NCBI GenBank assembly: GCA_964537825.1
Contig: CAZIDL010000005.1
Location: 1-59,194, forward strand
Direction: 5' to 3'
DNA length: 59,194 nt
From: an uncultured Weeksellaceae bacterium
Lineage (GTDB): Bacteria > Bacteroidota > Bacteroidia > Flavobacteriales_D > CAYVSK01
Position 1 is the stretch's first letter. Each line of letters begins with the position of its first letter. Under the pieces are notes generated by a model, which ran no database searches, was not told the DNA's origin, and was given only the letters and a program-made list of their open reading frames with translations. The position numbers were made by a program, and so were the translations under genes. This document shows, piece by piece, positions 59,142 through 59,194 of the stretch.

Positions 59142-59194
59142 TGGAGCCGGAGGGATTCGAACCCTCGTCCAGTCAAGCCATCCTTAGGCTTTCT
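59142..59194 (-). ncRNA. ssrA: tmRNA (ssrA), 3' tRNA-like end, truncated by the right window edge
   Basis: The reverse complement ends ...GACTGGACGAGGGTTCGAATCCCTCCGGCTCCA. This matches the tmRNA 3' pattern GGACG-T-arm-NGCTCCA(CCA) with an alanine-type acceptor. The upstream part does not fold as a tRNA anticodon arm (no U33, no Ala anticodon). Confidence 0.7.

Noticed and set aside
59142-59194. Partial type II tRNA (Leu/Ser) at the right edge
   Set aside because: The only good 5-bp stem (AAGCC/GGCTT) encloses the loop TAAGGAT, which lacks U33, and the implied variable region length is non-standard. The GGACG-T-arm-GGCTCCA ending fits the tmRNA 3' domain instead.
1-59194. CRISPR arrays, rRNA genes, transposases, toxin-antitoxin or recognisable defence-system genes
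   Set aside because: I found none on either strand. Apart from the paralog pair, the only repeat structures are those listed above.

Overview
This 59.2-kb window looks like a chromosomal segment of a Bacteroidota-type bacterium. The taxonomic guess rests on a T9SS C-terminal sorting domain, DUF4476, a long-tailed S16, tRNA and tmRNA genes without encoded CCA, and leaderless-looking compact genes. GC content is mid-50s % and coding density is very high. All calls come from reading the sequence and the ORF track by eye (motif recognition only), with no searches run.

Content from left to right:
- **1-3366:** the 5' end of class II ribonucleotide reductase (open at the left edge and missing from the ORF track), a beta-CASP MBL hydrolase and PBP4.
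- **3486-15704:** a small polysaccharide-export locus (AsnB-like amidotransferase, GT4, Wza, and a Wzc BY-kinase with a (GY)n tyrosine cluster). Its last gene, the WecA-like transferase, is chained through three ATGA start/stop overlaps to an SLT transglycosylase, uvrA and a LOG-family gene.
- **15728-19483:** a phased 11-bp GATC-core repeat array upstream of two SPOR-domain envelope proteins.
- **19571-44310:** housekeeping genes (serA-serC, ferredoxin plus LuxC-like reductase, murQ, NUDIX, mnmD, acpH, rsmE, pckA, M32 carboxypeptidase, saccharopine dehydrogenase, rimM-rpsP, ADH, paiB). A LytS/LytTR two-component pair with a SiaC-like DUF1987 protein also lies here.
- **44415-49467:** a dinB-dnaE2 error-prone polymerase cassette.
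- **49560-57178:** a tandem pair of about 1,240-aa sensor phosphatases.
- **57260-59194:** a methyltransferase, a 776-bp ORF-free region, tRNA-Arg(CCG) and the 3' end of tmRNA.

Most interesting:
1. **Sensor phosphatase pair.** The two duplicated propeller-Y_Y_Y-TM-PP2C proteins have diverged sensor domains but near-identical output domains. Each carries a roughly 30-nt palindrome with compensatory arm changes inside the one hypervariable segment of the phosphatase domain. The orphan SiaC-like protein could be a partner-switch substrate for them.
2. **Mutagenesis cassette.** The Y-family member appears catalytically intact and no imuA or lexA is present. A perfect 8-N5-8 palindrome sits on the start codon. 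A roughly 120-bp AT-rich module bounded by a 12-bp inverted repeat is wedged between the two polymerase genes.

No CRISPR array, rRNA, transposase or integrase is visible.
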